NCBI GenBank assembly: GCA_019704295.1
Contig: AP024596.1
Span: 256,001-320,000, forward strand
Direction of reading: 5' to 3'
Length of the DNA stretch: 64,000 bases
Source: Sulfolobales archaeon HS-7
Lineage (GTDB): Archaea > Thermoproteota > Thermoprotei_A > Sulfolobales > Sulfolobaceae
In this document: one piece after another, positions 1-10,239 of the stretch
Layout of the letters: each line of letters begins with the position of its first letter
Numbering within the stretch: the first letter of the stretch is position 1
The notes under the pieces: generated by a model
What the model was told of the DNA's origin: nothing
The model's input: only the letters and a program-made list of their open reading frames with translations
Databases searched by the model: none
Translations under genes and position numbers: made by a program

Positions 1-272
1 TTAGCTACCTTGTCTATCCCTTCATCATCATATACGTATATTAGGGGTCCGATGGTAGCTATCGTTTTAATGGATTCATTAAGTTTTCTCCCCTTTGAGA
101 GACCCTTTATTACGTCTCTTTCCGTGACTATTCCCACGACCTTTCCTGTCTCCGAGACTAAAAGGGAGCCTATATTATTTTCAGCCATAACTCTTATAGC
201 GTCAGAAATAGTTGCATCACTGCCTATTGATATTGGTTGCCTTTTTATAAGAAAAGAAGAACGAATTGTCAT
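1..272 (-). CDS. CBS-domain protein (3' end runs off the window)
   Basis: Manual translation from the ATG at 272: MTIRSSFLIKRQPISIGSDATISDAIRVMAENNIGSLLVSETGKVVGIVTERDVI, a typical CBS motif. Not in the ORF track. Confidence 0.85.
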   Translation of the reverse strand, partial: MTIRSSFLIKRQPISIGSDATISDAIRVMAENNIGSLLVSETGKVVGIVTERDVIKGLSKGRKLNESIKTIATIGPLIYVYDDEGIDKVA

Positions 273-860
273 ACCTTTTTTTATCAAGACCAAGTATTAA
301 ATTTTCTCTAAAAGTCACATTTTTAGAATTTAGGAATAATTAAAAAATTAATGGAAATAATTCTTATTTTTTATTAAAATACTCTTATTTATGACTAAAA
401 TTATTTAGATAACCCACTTACGCAACATGGAGTTGGTAGGGATTAAACGATACTAAGCACTCTACTCATTAATTGTAATTATACGGATCCTTAAGAAAAG
501 GGAAATCTTACCCAGTTAAAAAAGGACGGTTTCTCATGCTCAAAAGTCCTACTGTGTATTTACCTCCTGGTTGTACTGACGATGTCCTTGCACGCTAGAA
601 CGTATACTTGATTAAGTTAAGAATGCGTAATAGTGATCCACACGCCTCTTTGTTCCTTCCCCCGGCATTGGAAGTCGTTGAGGAAGTATCCCCAGCTCGA
701 GTTCAGATTTTATCTTAGCATTAATGATTATTCCTACTGTACGGTAGAATAGTACGGGAAATAGCCCAGAATTATCATACGATCTTAAAGAACTAAAAAT
801 ATTGGATCAAAGAGTGCAATTCTATAACCTTATATAGATTTGCTTTTTTAGATTGATCTT

Positions 861-1346
861 ATGGAACAGAATTCTGATGAAATTGAAGAGTTAATAAAAA
901 AAGGATTAGCTTTACCAGATAGTGAGGTAGAGAACTATTTTAAAGAGCTTTACCATAAATACAGTAATAACGCGAGAGTCGCTTATGAGTATGCAGGGAT
1001 TTTAGATTATTTGGGAAGGGAGGAAGAGGCAATTCCTTTGTATAAAAAGAGTTTAGAAATGGGTTTAGAGGGTAGGCCTAGAGACATGTGTTTAATACAG
1101 TTAGGAAGTTCTTTAAGAGTAACGGGTAGACTTCAGGAAAGCGAACAAGTACTTAGGGAAATATACGAAAGAACCAGGGATCCTGCATCTCTCCTATTCC
1201 TCGTACTTACGCTTAGTGATATGAGAATGAGCGTTAATGCACTGTGTTTGATGAGCGAGTATATACTCAGAGGAGAAAGCGGGTTCCTGCCAGAGTACAA
1301 AGGGGTCCTCAGTAGGTATTTTAATAACCTATGTATTAAGAGTTAA
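861..1346 (+). CDS. tetratricopeptide-repeat protein
   Basis: YAGILDYLGREEEAIPLYKKSLEMG...IQLGSSLRVTGRLQESEQVL TPR-like helices. Confidence 0.75.
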   Translation: MEQNSDEIEELIKKGLALPDSEVENYFKELYHKYSNNARVAYEYAGILDYLGREEEAIPLYKKSLEMGLEGRPRDMCLIQLGSSLRVTGRLQESEQVLREIYERTRDPASLLFLVLTLSDMRMSVNALCLMSEYILRGESGFLPEYKGVLSRYFNNLCIKS

Positions 1347-1548
1347 TTTATACCGAATTTGTTGAATTTTATTTTACCCTAAATAAGTCTTCCCCCGTTT
1401 CACTCGTTACCTAAACCTTTCCTTAGTACAGTTGTGCTACTAATTTTACAATATAGTACTCTTCTTTTCCCTTAAGACAAAGAACTACAAAAAATATAGG
1501 GATGATAGTTGATATAAAATGCAATCAAAGCCCTCTCTTCACTGTCTC

Positions 1549-1938
1549 TTACTTCATCTTATGAGCCTGTTCCAGTACTCCTTTTAACCCCTCTGAAATA
1601 TCGTCGTTATAGATTACCTCCGTTATTGATTTACCTAATTTGCACTCAATAATAATTTTCAGAGACTCGTATTCTTGAGTCACCGTATCGTCTCCCTCTT
1701 GCTCGAAGAGGAGAATTACATTCCTCAAATTGAACTTAACACACTTCAATGTGTTCATAACGTTTTGCAGAGCCTCCTTCCTTTTATTTGGAGACATAGT
1801 TTCTATCACTTCAACAGCGTATGCTTCATAATCCTGGTACTTTATGCTAGTTTTACTGAAGCATAACGCATCTACAGCTTTCCCGCATATTTCATCAAAC
1901 TTAACGCATGCAACCCCCTAGCCCTCGCTGAATAACAT
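1549..1938 (-). pseudogene. partner gene of the AAA/ABC ATPase, possible PD-(D/E)xK-like nuclease, with an in-frame TAG at codon 7
   Basis: ATG at 1938 overlaps the ATPase stop. It reads MLFSEG*GVACVKFDEICGKAVDALCF...YAVEVIETMSPNK, in frame with ORF 1549..1809. TAG is at 1920-1918. Confidence 0.6.
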
Positions 1939-3087
1939 TACCTTTCTCCCTCGAAGACTTTTCTTAGAAAATCCCCTTGATAGGTCGAAATCGTCTCTAA
2001 TCTTTCTATACTACGATCTTCGAGAACTTTAACCTTTTCAGCCTTATACAGATTTCCGCTACCTCTTAGTTCATAAACATCAGGCACATTTGCAGACCCA
2101 TGTACGAACGACATAATAAACCATTCACTGTGGGAAGTCACGAAGAGCTTCTTATCTAATTTGGCTAGGTACTCTCCTACTTTTAGTTGTAGATCAGCAT
2201 GAAGGTTTATCTCAGGCTCCTCGATCACCATACCCTTGACAAATGGATTTTTGGCTACAATCTCTAAGGCCGCTAACTGCCCAACACCCGTGGATATTAA
2301 AGATGTAGGGACTTCCTTTTCCCCAACAAATGCTCGAAACTGGGAAGGGAACTCGACCCTTACTTTCACTCCAGACAATTCCTCTACGTAATCCCCCAGA
2401 AGGAACCACCTGAGGAAGTCTAAAGTTAACGGTTTCACCTGTGGATAAGAGTATGGGGAGTATACAAAACTGCTTATCGCTCTGTTCAGGCTAAACACAG
2501 CGATCCTCTCTGTGCTTAGAAATGCCAGCTGGTTTAGATCTTGATTACTTAACATTTTTGCTGGAATAAGATGAGATAGGCCTATTTTTACACATTTCTC
2601 TGATCCAATTGAGAGTAATTCGTTCGGAGAGAGACTATTAAAACTTAACCTCCTCAGTCCTTTTAAAATTCACTAGAATCTTCATTCTTTTGTCTTCCTT
2701 GAGCGTTACGCCCACGTGGTTGTCAGAGTTGAGCTCCACGGAGATCAAATCGTTCTCAATAAATCCCTTACTCTCCCCTATTGTGATCAAATCTTTCGGT
2801 TCAGCGTTGAATAGTGTCCTAATCCTCTCACCTATTACTCCTTTTAATGCTTTTTCACTCACTAAGTCCTTAAGGCTAACTTCGATCTCATTGATTCCCT
2901 CCTCCACCTCAAGGCTTAATTCATTGTCAGTACTCAACGGGGAAAAAGAAATAGGGAAGTTAATGAAATAGAAAGCTGTAGAGATCATTGTTTTGCCCGA
3001 TGAGTTGGGACCTACAACTAGCGTTTTTCCGTCAAAATTCATTTTAACTTCCTCTACTGGTCCCAAGTTAGTTACGCTAAATATCAT
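1938..3087 (-). pseudogene. AAA_15/AAA_21-type (ABC-like) ATPase split by a 1-nt frameshift
   Basis: Walker A GPNSSGKT in 2638..3087. Signature STG, Walker B MVIEEPEINLH and FVTSHS in 1938..2555. Removing one T from AAGTTTTAATAGT (minus strand, ~2640) fuses the two frames. Confidence 0.85.
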
Positions 3088-3130
3088 TAAATGCGTTCTT
3101 ATGGACTACAAATAAAGCTTTTTATAGTCA

Positions 3131-4375
3131 GCGCCGTTCACGTGTTCATTGCGAATCGTAATATTCTTTGTTAAATTAGAATAGTTCAACATGTAATAAT
3201 TCAAATACATGTAAAATAGTAGGAGAATAAGAATAACTGTAATATTATTATAAATATAAGAAGATAGATTGGGATGTTATACCTGAGGATAATTCATCAT
3301 GTGGTTTGTAAAATCCTCTACGGGGAGTGAGACAGGCAGAAATACCTCCACTTTACGAGGGAGTTGAAGGACTCAACGGGATTGTTGTTATTAAGTCACT
3401 CTTACACCTCTCTCAGGACGAAAAGGCGCTACATACTTCACCCCTAATACGGCTGTGCGAATAGCGAGTTCAGAACAGTACCTGGCTCAACATTGTATTT
3501 CTCCACGTTCTGGCTCTTAGCAAATTTGTAACCGTTAAGACTAAACCGTTTTAGGGACTTGCTACTCTCATCTCTAGTGTTACGTGTTTTCCCTGTGTAA
3601 GGTATTCCAGCACACTGTACTTATCTGTAACCGTTACTTCCCCTTTAGCCGAGGGGGAGGAGCTCGTTTAACTACTCCCTTTCCTCCTTTATTACATGCC
3701 GTTCCTTATAGACAATGCAGTATCACCTCTTAAACCTCATTTTGAAAGCGTGGATGACGTTGTCTAAGGCGATAAAGCCGTCCGCTACAATTAACTCCAC
3801 ATTGTACTTCCTCCAGATGGATACGAGTAAGTCCCAGGCGCTTCTCTTATCCTCTTCTTTAGCGAGTGCTAAATTTAGTATTGCTTCCTCTCAGGAGTTA
3901 CCCTTGCTGCGACCCCCTTTTCTCCTTTAGTCAACTTGACGTATTTTACTTCTGTGATTACCCCTGCTCTAATTTCTCCTTAATTCGCGTCTTGACTCGT
4001 TTGTCTTGCCTATAAAAGACAGGGAGTTTGATGGTGACGTAAAATAGTTCTTAGATCTTTCTACTTCTCCTCATCACGAACACGACCCCCTTGACAAGGT
4101 TAAACCCAGTGTACCCTTCCCTCTACTTGGGACTCATCTCTTCTACTTCCTTAAGGGCTTTCCTCTCGATCTCCTGAACCGATTTGTTTATAATTTCTTT
4201 TTCGTAAGGTAGGATAAACGCAAACGTAATACCGCATTTGATAAGGGACGGCGTTTCGAGTTCTTCTGTGGTATTGTTTTCTGGTCATAACCAATTTAGT
4301 ATTACATTCTACGATTATTTAATTAATTTTAAACTAATAAAATAAAGTGAATTCACAATAAACGTGTGAACATCA
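3131..4375 (-). mobile_element. degraded IS256-family (ISC1250-like) element, copy 1
   Basis: Imperfect TIRs CCGTTCACGTGTTCATTGCGAAT / ATTCACAATAAACGTGTGAAC. Relic motifs VELIVADGFIALDNVI and NNPVESFNSLV (Mutator/IS256 DDE). Collinear with 47519-48713. Confidence 0.75.
3424..3601 (-). mobile_element. 176-bp CT-core element, copy A (inserted in the IS256 relic)
   Basis: Minus strand GAATAC-CT-TACACAGGGAAAACACG...GTAGCGC-CT-TTTCGTC. Absent from the second IS256 copy. Confidence 0.85.
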
Positions 4376-4933
4376 AAAAAAGGATTTTAGTAACAGTAAA
4401 GTTAAAATTCTGAAGAATTTTCAAAAATGAGATATGAACTTAATGATCGAAGAGAGACTTTATGAGCATATTACTGTCAATGAATTTTTTTTCAGTAAAC
4501 TAGTAAACGGAGATAAAGAAAATTCTATACTTAATATATAGAAATAGGAGGAACGTTTTGAGAAAAATTCTCAGCTTATTCAGATCTAAGTGAAAGAATT
4601 CAAATTACAAAAATAGTTTAAACGAAGATATTAAGTGAGAATAAAATTATAAGAGTCAATTCTCGTCATCTTTGCGGACAGGATCATCTATTATTCAATG
4701 CAGACAGGTTGCTTGTACCTCGAATGTGAGTTCTTAGAACACTATTCATGGAGGGGTTTACACAATCACTTAAGTTAGGGGGCATGCGATACTCCCCTAT
4801 CAAATAAACATTACGGACGTATTACCCTTAACACCAAGTTCATCTGGGATATCCTTGGTGGTTAGGGAGCCCTATTGTGAAAAGAGAGGGAACGATAGCT
4901 CCCCCATTTGTGGGTAAAACTTACGACGTTAAA

Positions 4934-5440
4934 TTATTGATTTTGTGGCTTCCTTCTCCTTATAGCCCCATACGCTAGAACTATTACTCCTACTATAGCG
5001 ACGATTATTCCACCGTAAATAGACGCGGCGATTTCGTAAAAGGCGGAAGATCTTACCTGCACAAGTGTGTAATATATCAGCGCGTTAGAAGTGTAGTTGT
5101 CAGTTAAAGTCACATTAGCAAAACCGGTTACACTAGATATAGGAAGGAGTAAATATCCGCTGCTTAATTCCGGAGCGGTTGCATTTCCGCTCTTTACCTG
5201 AAACGCTAGAGGTAAGTTAGTTTTATTCGAACCGTTCACCACTAAAGAGTCATTATATATTACTCCACCAGTTTTACCATAAAATGGAATTGTCATACTT
5301 TCACCTGGCCCAAGTTCTGTAACCTTAAATCCCTTAAATTGCTGTATTACCGAATTGGCCTCTATTGCTACTGGTCCTATGAAGAAAGCCAGGACTCCCG
5401 CCACTATTAAAATAATCGCGATAAGCGTAAGTTTTCTCAT
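4934..5440 (-). CDS. membrane-anchored/secreted hypothetical protein
   Basis: N-terminal hydrophobic segment, C-terminal TM helix with basic tail, N-x-S/T sites. Confidence 0.75.
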   Translation of the reverse strand: MRKLTLIAIILIVAGVLAFFIGPVAIEANSVIQQFKGFKVTELGPGESMTIPFYGKTGGVIYNDSLVVNGSNKTNLPLAFQVKSGNATAPELSSGYLLLPISSVTGFANVTLTDNYTSNALIYYTLVQVRSSAFYEIAASIYGGIIVAIVGVIVLAYGAIRRRKPQNQ

Positions 5441-5515
5441 GTCTTAAGGGTTAACTCTAGGTTAATACGCTTTTCCCTAAGACTTTCAAAGCTTTTTAAT
5501 ATATCATTAGAAATA

Positions 5516-6187
5516 TTGCTTATGCTTAGTTCGGTATTCGTCGACTTCGGCGACACTTTAGCTTACTTTAAACCGCGGCTGTATACGGTGATAAGGGAGA
5601 CATTGAATAATCACGGTTATGAATTTAGCGAGAAGAAAATATTTCGAGCTTACGTAGCGTCTTGTTCTAAAAACAACTTTCCTGATGAGGTCGGGCATAA
5701 CCCAATAGACTTAAGGGATTTCATTTACAGACTTGGTATTACTAAGTTCTCGGAAGAGCTAATAGGGGATCTTCAAAAGGCCAACTCAATAAGGGGAGAG
5801 GCTTTCCTCTTTGAAGATTCTATTAAATTCCTCCAGGAAGTGAAATCAATCGGATTGCGATTAGTTCTTGTAAGTAATGCCACGAAGAACGTAAAAGGGA
5901 ACGTTGAGAGACTTGGGATTGCGGAATACTTTGATGGAATAGTTATCTCCTCATTGGTAAACTCTATAAAGCCCCATCCAAGGATATTTGAGATTGCCGG
6001 AAGGTATGGAGGGTATCCCGCGGTTCACTTAGGAGACACATATGAGATAGACTATCTTGGGGCAAAGAGGAGTTACGTAAGGGGAATTCTTGTGGATAGG
6101 TACGACTTCTATGACGACGTTAAGGTAAATAGGGTTCGTAACCTAGAGGAAGCGTTGATCCTAATAGAGAAAATGGTTCGAGAATGA
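5516..6187 (+). CDS. HAD-superfamily hydrolase (subfamily IA)
   Basis: VFVDFGDTL, LVSN, KPHPRIF, HLGDTYEID motifs. Confidence 0.9.
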   Translation: MLMLSSVFVDFGDTLAYFKPRLYTVIRETLNNHGYEFSEKKIFRAYVASCSKNNFPDEVGHNPIDLRDFIYRLGITKFSEELIGDLQKANSIRGEAFLFEDSIKFLQEVKSIGLRLVLVSNATKNVKGNVERLGIAEYFDGIVISSLVNSIKPHPRIFEIAGRYGGYPAVHLGDTYEIDYLGAKRSYVRGILVDRYDFYDDVKVNRVRNLEEALILIEKMVRE

Positions 6188-6322
6188 TTTCACCAGTATT
6201 TTAAATATTTTACCTAGGCACCTCTGGTTACTAGCTAAGAACTTGTCAGGAACACTAACGAACTCCGAAATGTTCGTCGCTCTATTATTAAAAATAATAT
6301 CTCCTTTTCCATAGAGTAGTCT

Positions 6323-6913
6323 ATGAAGGTAGAAGTTCCCGAGGTAAAGGAGGAGGACGTAATCATCAATTCTCGGAGCTCTGCCCTTATAGTTGTTGAC
6401 ATGCAGAACGACTTCGTAAGGAAGGAGGGAAAGCTTTACGTCCCTTCAGCTGAAAGCACAATAATGCCTATTTCAAATCTCATAAGGAAATTTAAGGAAA
6501 GGAACTCACTAGTAATTTACACCCAAGACTGGCACATGAAGGACGATCCTGAGTTTAAGATATGGGGAGAACATGCGTTGGCGAATACGTGGGGAGCAGA
6601 AATTGTTGACGAATTAAGGCCTGATAAGGACGACTTCCTCATAAAGAAATACAGGTACGATGGATTCTTTGAAAGTCCTCTAGACTACATCTTGAGGGTA
6701 AAGGGCGTTAGAAAAGTCGTGATAACTGGAACAGTTGCTAACATATGTGTTCTTCATACTGCCGGTAGCGCGGCATTAAGATGGTATGACGTGATCCTCC
6801 CTAAGGACGGAATATCCGCCATAACTGACTTTGACTACTACTCCACTCTTAGGCAGGTCTCTTTCCTTTATAGGGGAGCAATCACCTCATCTGAACGAAT
6901 TAGCTTAACTTAG
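6323..6913 (+). CDS. isochorismatase/nicotinamidase-family cysteine hydrolase
   Basis: ALIVVDMQNDF, TQDWH, KYRYDGF, GTVANICV. Confidence 0.9.
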   Translation: MKVEVPEVKEEDVIINSRSSALIVVDMQNDFVRKEGKLYVPSAESTIMPISNLIRKFKERNSLVIYTQDWHMKDDPEFKIWGEHALANTWGAEIVDELRPDKDDFLIKKYRYDGFFESPLDYILRVKGVRKVVITGTVANICVLHTAGSAALRWYDVILPKDGISAITDFDYYSTLRQVSFLYRGAITSSERISLT

Positions 6914-7527
6914 GAGTAAAAGTAGGTTTCTATAATCTTCTTGGTAGCCTTTCTCAGATGATATAGAAACGTCGTTTTATCCATGTTTAATACTCTCGCT
7001 ATATTCTCAGCTTTTTCCCCACGGGGATATGAGAAATACCCGTTCTGAAAAGCTATCATGAGAGTTGAGACTTCTACGTCGTTCAATACACCTGGAATTG
7101 TCGGCTCATAATCTACGTAATTAAGCACGAAGTCCCCCATTTGATAAAGGGATTCCTTTATCTGGGAAATCCTGCTGTTCTCCGTAACGAATTTCCATCT
7201 TTCCTTATCATCGTTCTGTTCATTACTTATTAACATGACCTCGTTATCGTAAAGCAAACCCGCAACCGAACCCCTATATACATTTAACATATCCACTATT
7301 ATCGCATTTCTCAATTCGAAGAACCCGTTCACTTTAAGGATATTCCTGTTAGTTTTTAGACTCCTGATCAGGTCTCTATTTCCCTTAAAGAAAATAACTC
7401 TGGTTCTTAGATACCCTTTTTGTGGATAAACCCACATCTGTAAAGTTCTCGATTTAACATCGACTTCCCTAGTCCAGCATCCCTCGTGTTCAATTTGTAA
7501 ATACACTAGTTTGAACTTTCGCTTCAT
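6910..7527 (-). CDS. bacterio-opsin-activator-type (HTH_10) transcriptional regulator
   Basis: IEHEGCWT N-terminus; C-terminal AFQNGYFSYPR...IARVLNMDKTTFLYHLRKA. Confidence 0.85.
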   Translation of the reverse strand: MKRKFKLVYLQIEHEGCWTREVDVKSRTLQMWVYPQKGYLRTRVIFFKGNRDLIRSLKTNRNILKVNGFFELRNAIIVDMLNVYRGSVAGLLYDNEVMLISNEQNDDKERWKFVTENSRISQIKESLYQMGDFVLNYVDYEPTIPGVLNDVEVSTLMIAFQNGYFSYPRGEKAENIARVLNMDKTTFLYHLRKATKKIIETYFYS

Positions 7528-7570
7528 CCGTATATTTATAATTATTAAACAATATAAATACTATCTCAAG

Positions 7571-7747
7571 AGGCGCTATATGCTTCGCCTCTAACATGAC
7601 TATGGGAACAGCGTGCCCAGGCGGGTACCTAGATCAACGTTGTATTTATTTACGTTCTGGCTCTTGGCAAACTCAGACCTCTTGAAACTGACCATTATAG
7701 GGACTCGCGACCCCTATCCCTAGTATTACGTGTTTTCCTTGTGGAAG
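7571..7747 (-). mobile_element. 176-bp CT-core element, copy B (1-nt deletion)
   Basis: Minus strand GCTAAAT-CT-TCCACAAGGAAAACACG...CATATAGCGC-CT-CTTGAGA. Confidence 0.85.
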
Positions 7748-8169
7748 ATTTAGCGAACACATTCCAAGTTAACTTTCGGGTCCCAGCGAAAATTACTGAC
7801 GTTTAGCTTTTACCTTATGGGGTTCAGGAGTGGGATGCCCTCCTCCACAGGGGTTGGATAGTCCATCGGACGCTTTCATGATACGAAAAAATATCAATTG
7901 CCTTAGATCAAGGGGAAAGGGCTCATGCACTCTCGAGACTTGGGGAATCATGCCCTTATTAACACTTACTGATAAACCATGAAATTTACGTACTATGCAT
8001 GTTAATATTTTCTTGGTAGTAGATGAGTTTCCCAAAAGTAATAAGATATTGTACAGAATGTACGGGGCTCCGACATTATTTGTGTTGGCTAAGGTTACTC
8101 AGTTAATGTAAAGTAAGATGAGGACCGGAAAATGCTTCATGACTTCAGTAAAGTCTAAAAGCTGAGGCT

Positions 8170-8298
8170 CTAATGCAAATTAACCAAAATTCAATGAAGC
8201 CTAAACCCCTACTAAAACCATCCGTTGACCCTCAAATCAAAATATCCCTGATGCGCCACGTAAGAAACCCCCTCTACAGATAAAGGGGGTCAAGGTTA
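8170..8298 (+). mobile_element. possible IS200/IS605/IS607 right-end relic
   Basis: Terminal hairpin ACCCCCT...AGGGGGT in degenerate non-coding DNA resembles Sulfolobales tnpB element ends. Confidence 0.3.
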
Positions 8299-8430
8299 CT
8301 ACGAGAAAATAGGTAAATCACAAGGTAAAAATACCTCGCTTAGATTGCAAGGAAGTTAACTCGCGGAGTATAAACTTTATTTCTAAGCTTTCGGATAAGT
8401 TTTTATTGGTTTAAACACGATTTATCCTTC

Positions 8431-10239
8431 ATGAGAATCTACGTCTCCATAAAGCAAGTTCCTGATGCTACTGACTTACGCATAGATCCTATAACGAACA
8501 ATCTCGTAAGAGAAGGAGTACCTGCAGTAATTAATCCTCCCGACTATCACGCAATTGAAGAGGCTATTCAATTGAAGGAGAAATATGGCGGCGAAGTGAT
8601 TGTGGTCACCATGGGACCGCCTCAGGCTGAGTCCGCTCTGAGAGAGGCGATTGCCATGGGAGCAGATCGAGCATATCTCATAACCGACAGATCCCTTGCA
8701 GGTGCCGACACATGGGCCACATCATATGCGATATCAAAAGCCGTTAAGAAAATAGGAGAGGGGGATCTGTATATCTTTGGCAGGAGAGCAGTAGACGGTG
8801 AAACAGAGCAGGTAGGTCCCCAGACAGCTAAGTGGTTAGGACTTCCGTTTGTTGGATACACCAACTCTATAGAGATAAAGGAAAATAGGGCAATAGTTAC
8901 TAGGGTAACAGAGTTCGAGGAGGCGACTCTTGAAGTTCCCATTCCTTTCGTTGCCTCAGTTGTGGAAACTGCTAATAAACCGAGACAACCATCAATAATG
9001 AAACTCATTGAGGCGAAAAGGGCTAAGATCTATAAGTTGTCGAGGGAGGATGTGGGAATAGAACCACAGAAAGCAGGACTTCAAGGTTCTCCAACCAAGG
9101 TCATCAGAGTTAGACCACCTCCTAAGCTGAGAAATCCCCAAATATTTGATGGAAGAGGAAAGGATGACGACGCTGCTAAATGGCTATACGAGAGAATAGT
9201 AGAGTCGTTAAAGAACGCTGATAAAGTGGAATCCTCCTACGTTAAACCAAAACCTATAGCTAAGGCTCAGGGGGACGTATGGGTATACATTGATCACGTT
9301 GAAGGCGAACCGAATAAAGCCTCCTTCGAAATTATGTCCGAGGCGAAGAGGATCGCTGATATGCTATCCACGCGTCTTGGTGCCCTCATAGTAGGAGATG
9401 TCGATCACCTAATCGAAGATGCCTTCAAGTACGGAGCAGACGTAGTCTACTACGCAAAAGTTGATGGGTGGAAGAGATACGATAACGACGTTTTCACTAG
9501 GGCTGCCTCAGTTGTCATAAAGAAGTATAGACCTGAGGCCATATTTTTCCCTGGGACGAGGATCTCTAGAGAATTGGCCTCATCCCTAGCCATAGAAGTC
9601 GATACAGGACTTATCGCTGATTGCGTGAGTTTCGAGGTTGATGAAAAGGGAATTCTTTACTCTACTAGACCAGACTTTGGTGGGTTAGAGATGTCAACCA
9701 TAATATGCCCTACTGCTAAACCGGTCATGGTTACAGTAAGACCCGGCGTCTTTAGTCCCATAGTGTTCAATAACAAAGGGGACGTGATAACTGAAAGAGT
9801 GGAGGACGTATACAGCAGGTTTAAAGTTCTCGAATACAAGAAGTTGGAGAGAAGAAACGTATTAGCTGAATCCGATATAGTTATAGGGATAGGAAGGGGA
9901 GCCCGATCTCCTAAGGATATATCATTGGCTGAGGAGCTGGCAAAGGCCCTTAACGGTGTGGTTGGCGTTACTAAACCGCTCTCTGATATGGGATGGTACC
10001 CTAAAGAGAGGCAAATCGGTCAAACTGGTACTACGATAAGGCCCAAACTGTACATAGCTTTGGGAGTATCGGGTGCTATTCAACACATGGTGGGAATACA
10101 GGGATCAAAGAGGATAATCGCAGTAAATCAAGATCCCGAGGCGCCTATCTTTAATGGAGCTGATTACGGAGTAGTAGGCGATATGTACTCAATAATTCCG
10201 AAGTTAATTAAGATAGTGGGTGAGAACGGTGGAATTTGA
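8431..10239 (+). CDS. fixAB: electron transfer flavoprotein, fused beta+alpha subunits (FixA-FixB fusion)
   Basis: IKQVPD, DGETEQVGP (beta); GRG, RQIGQTG, LYIALGVSGAIQHMVG (alpha). Confidence 0.92.
   Translation: MRIYVSIKQVPDATDLRIDPITNNLVREGVPAVINPPDYHAIEEAIQLKEKYGGEVIVVTMGPPQAESALREAIAMGADRAYLITDRSLAGADTWATSYAISKAVKKIGEGDLYIFGRRAVDGETEQVGPQTAKWLGLPFVGYTNSIEIKENRAIVTRVTEFEEATLEVPIPFVASVVETANKPRQPSIMKLIEAKRAKIYKLSREDVGIEPQKAGLQGSPTKVIRVRPPPKLRNPQIFDGRGKDDDAAKWLYERIVESLKNADKVESSYVKPKPIAKAQGDVWVYIDHVEGEPNKASFEIMSEAKRIADMLSTRLGALIVGDVDHLIEDAFKYGADVVYYAKVDGWKRYDNDVFTRAASVVIKKYRPEAIFFPGTRISRELASSLAIEVDTGLIADCVSFEVDEKGILYSTRPDFGGLEMSTIICPTAKPVMVTVRPGVFSPIVFNNKGDVITERVEDVYSRFKVLEYKKLERRNVLAESDIVIGIGRGARSPKDISLAEELAKALNGVVGVTKPLSDMGWYPKERQIGQTGTTIRPKLYIALGVSGAIQHMVGIQGSKRIIAVNQDPEAPIFNGADYGVVGDMYSIIPKLIKIVGENGGI

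Noticed and set aside
10-300. 96-aa plus-strand ORF
   Set aside because: Antisense shadow of the CBS gene on the minus strand.
1918-1920. In-frame TAG as possible pyrrolysine/readthrough codon
   Set aside because: No pyl machinery is known in Sulfolobales and the neighbouring gene is also broken; a nonsense mutation is simpler.
3715-3930. Plus-strand ORF, and likewise 47798..48124
   Set aside because: Antisense to IS256 transposase relics.
7793-8035. 80-aa ORF
   Set aside because: Lies in decayed IS-like DNA, non-canonical start, no motif.
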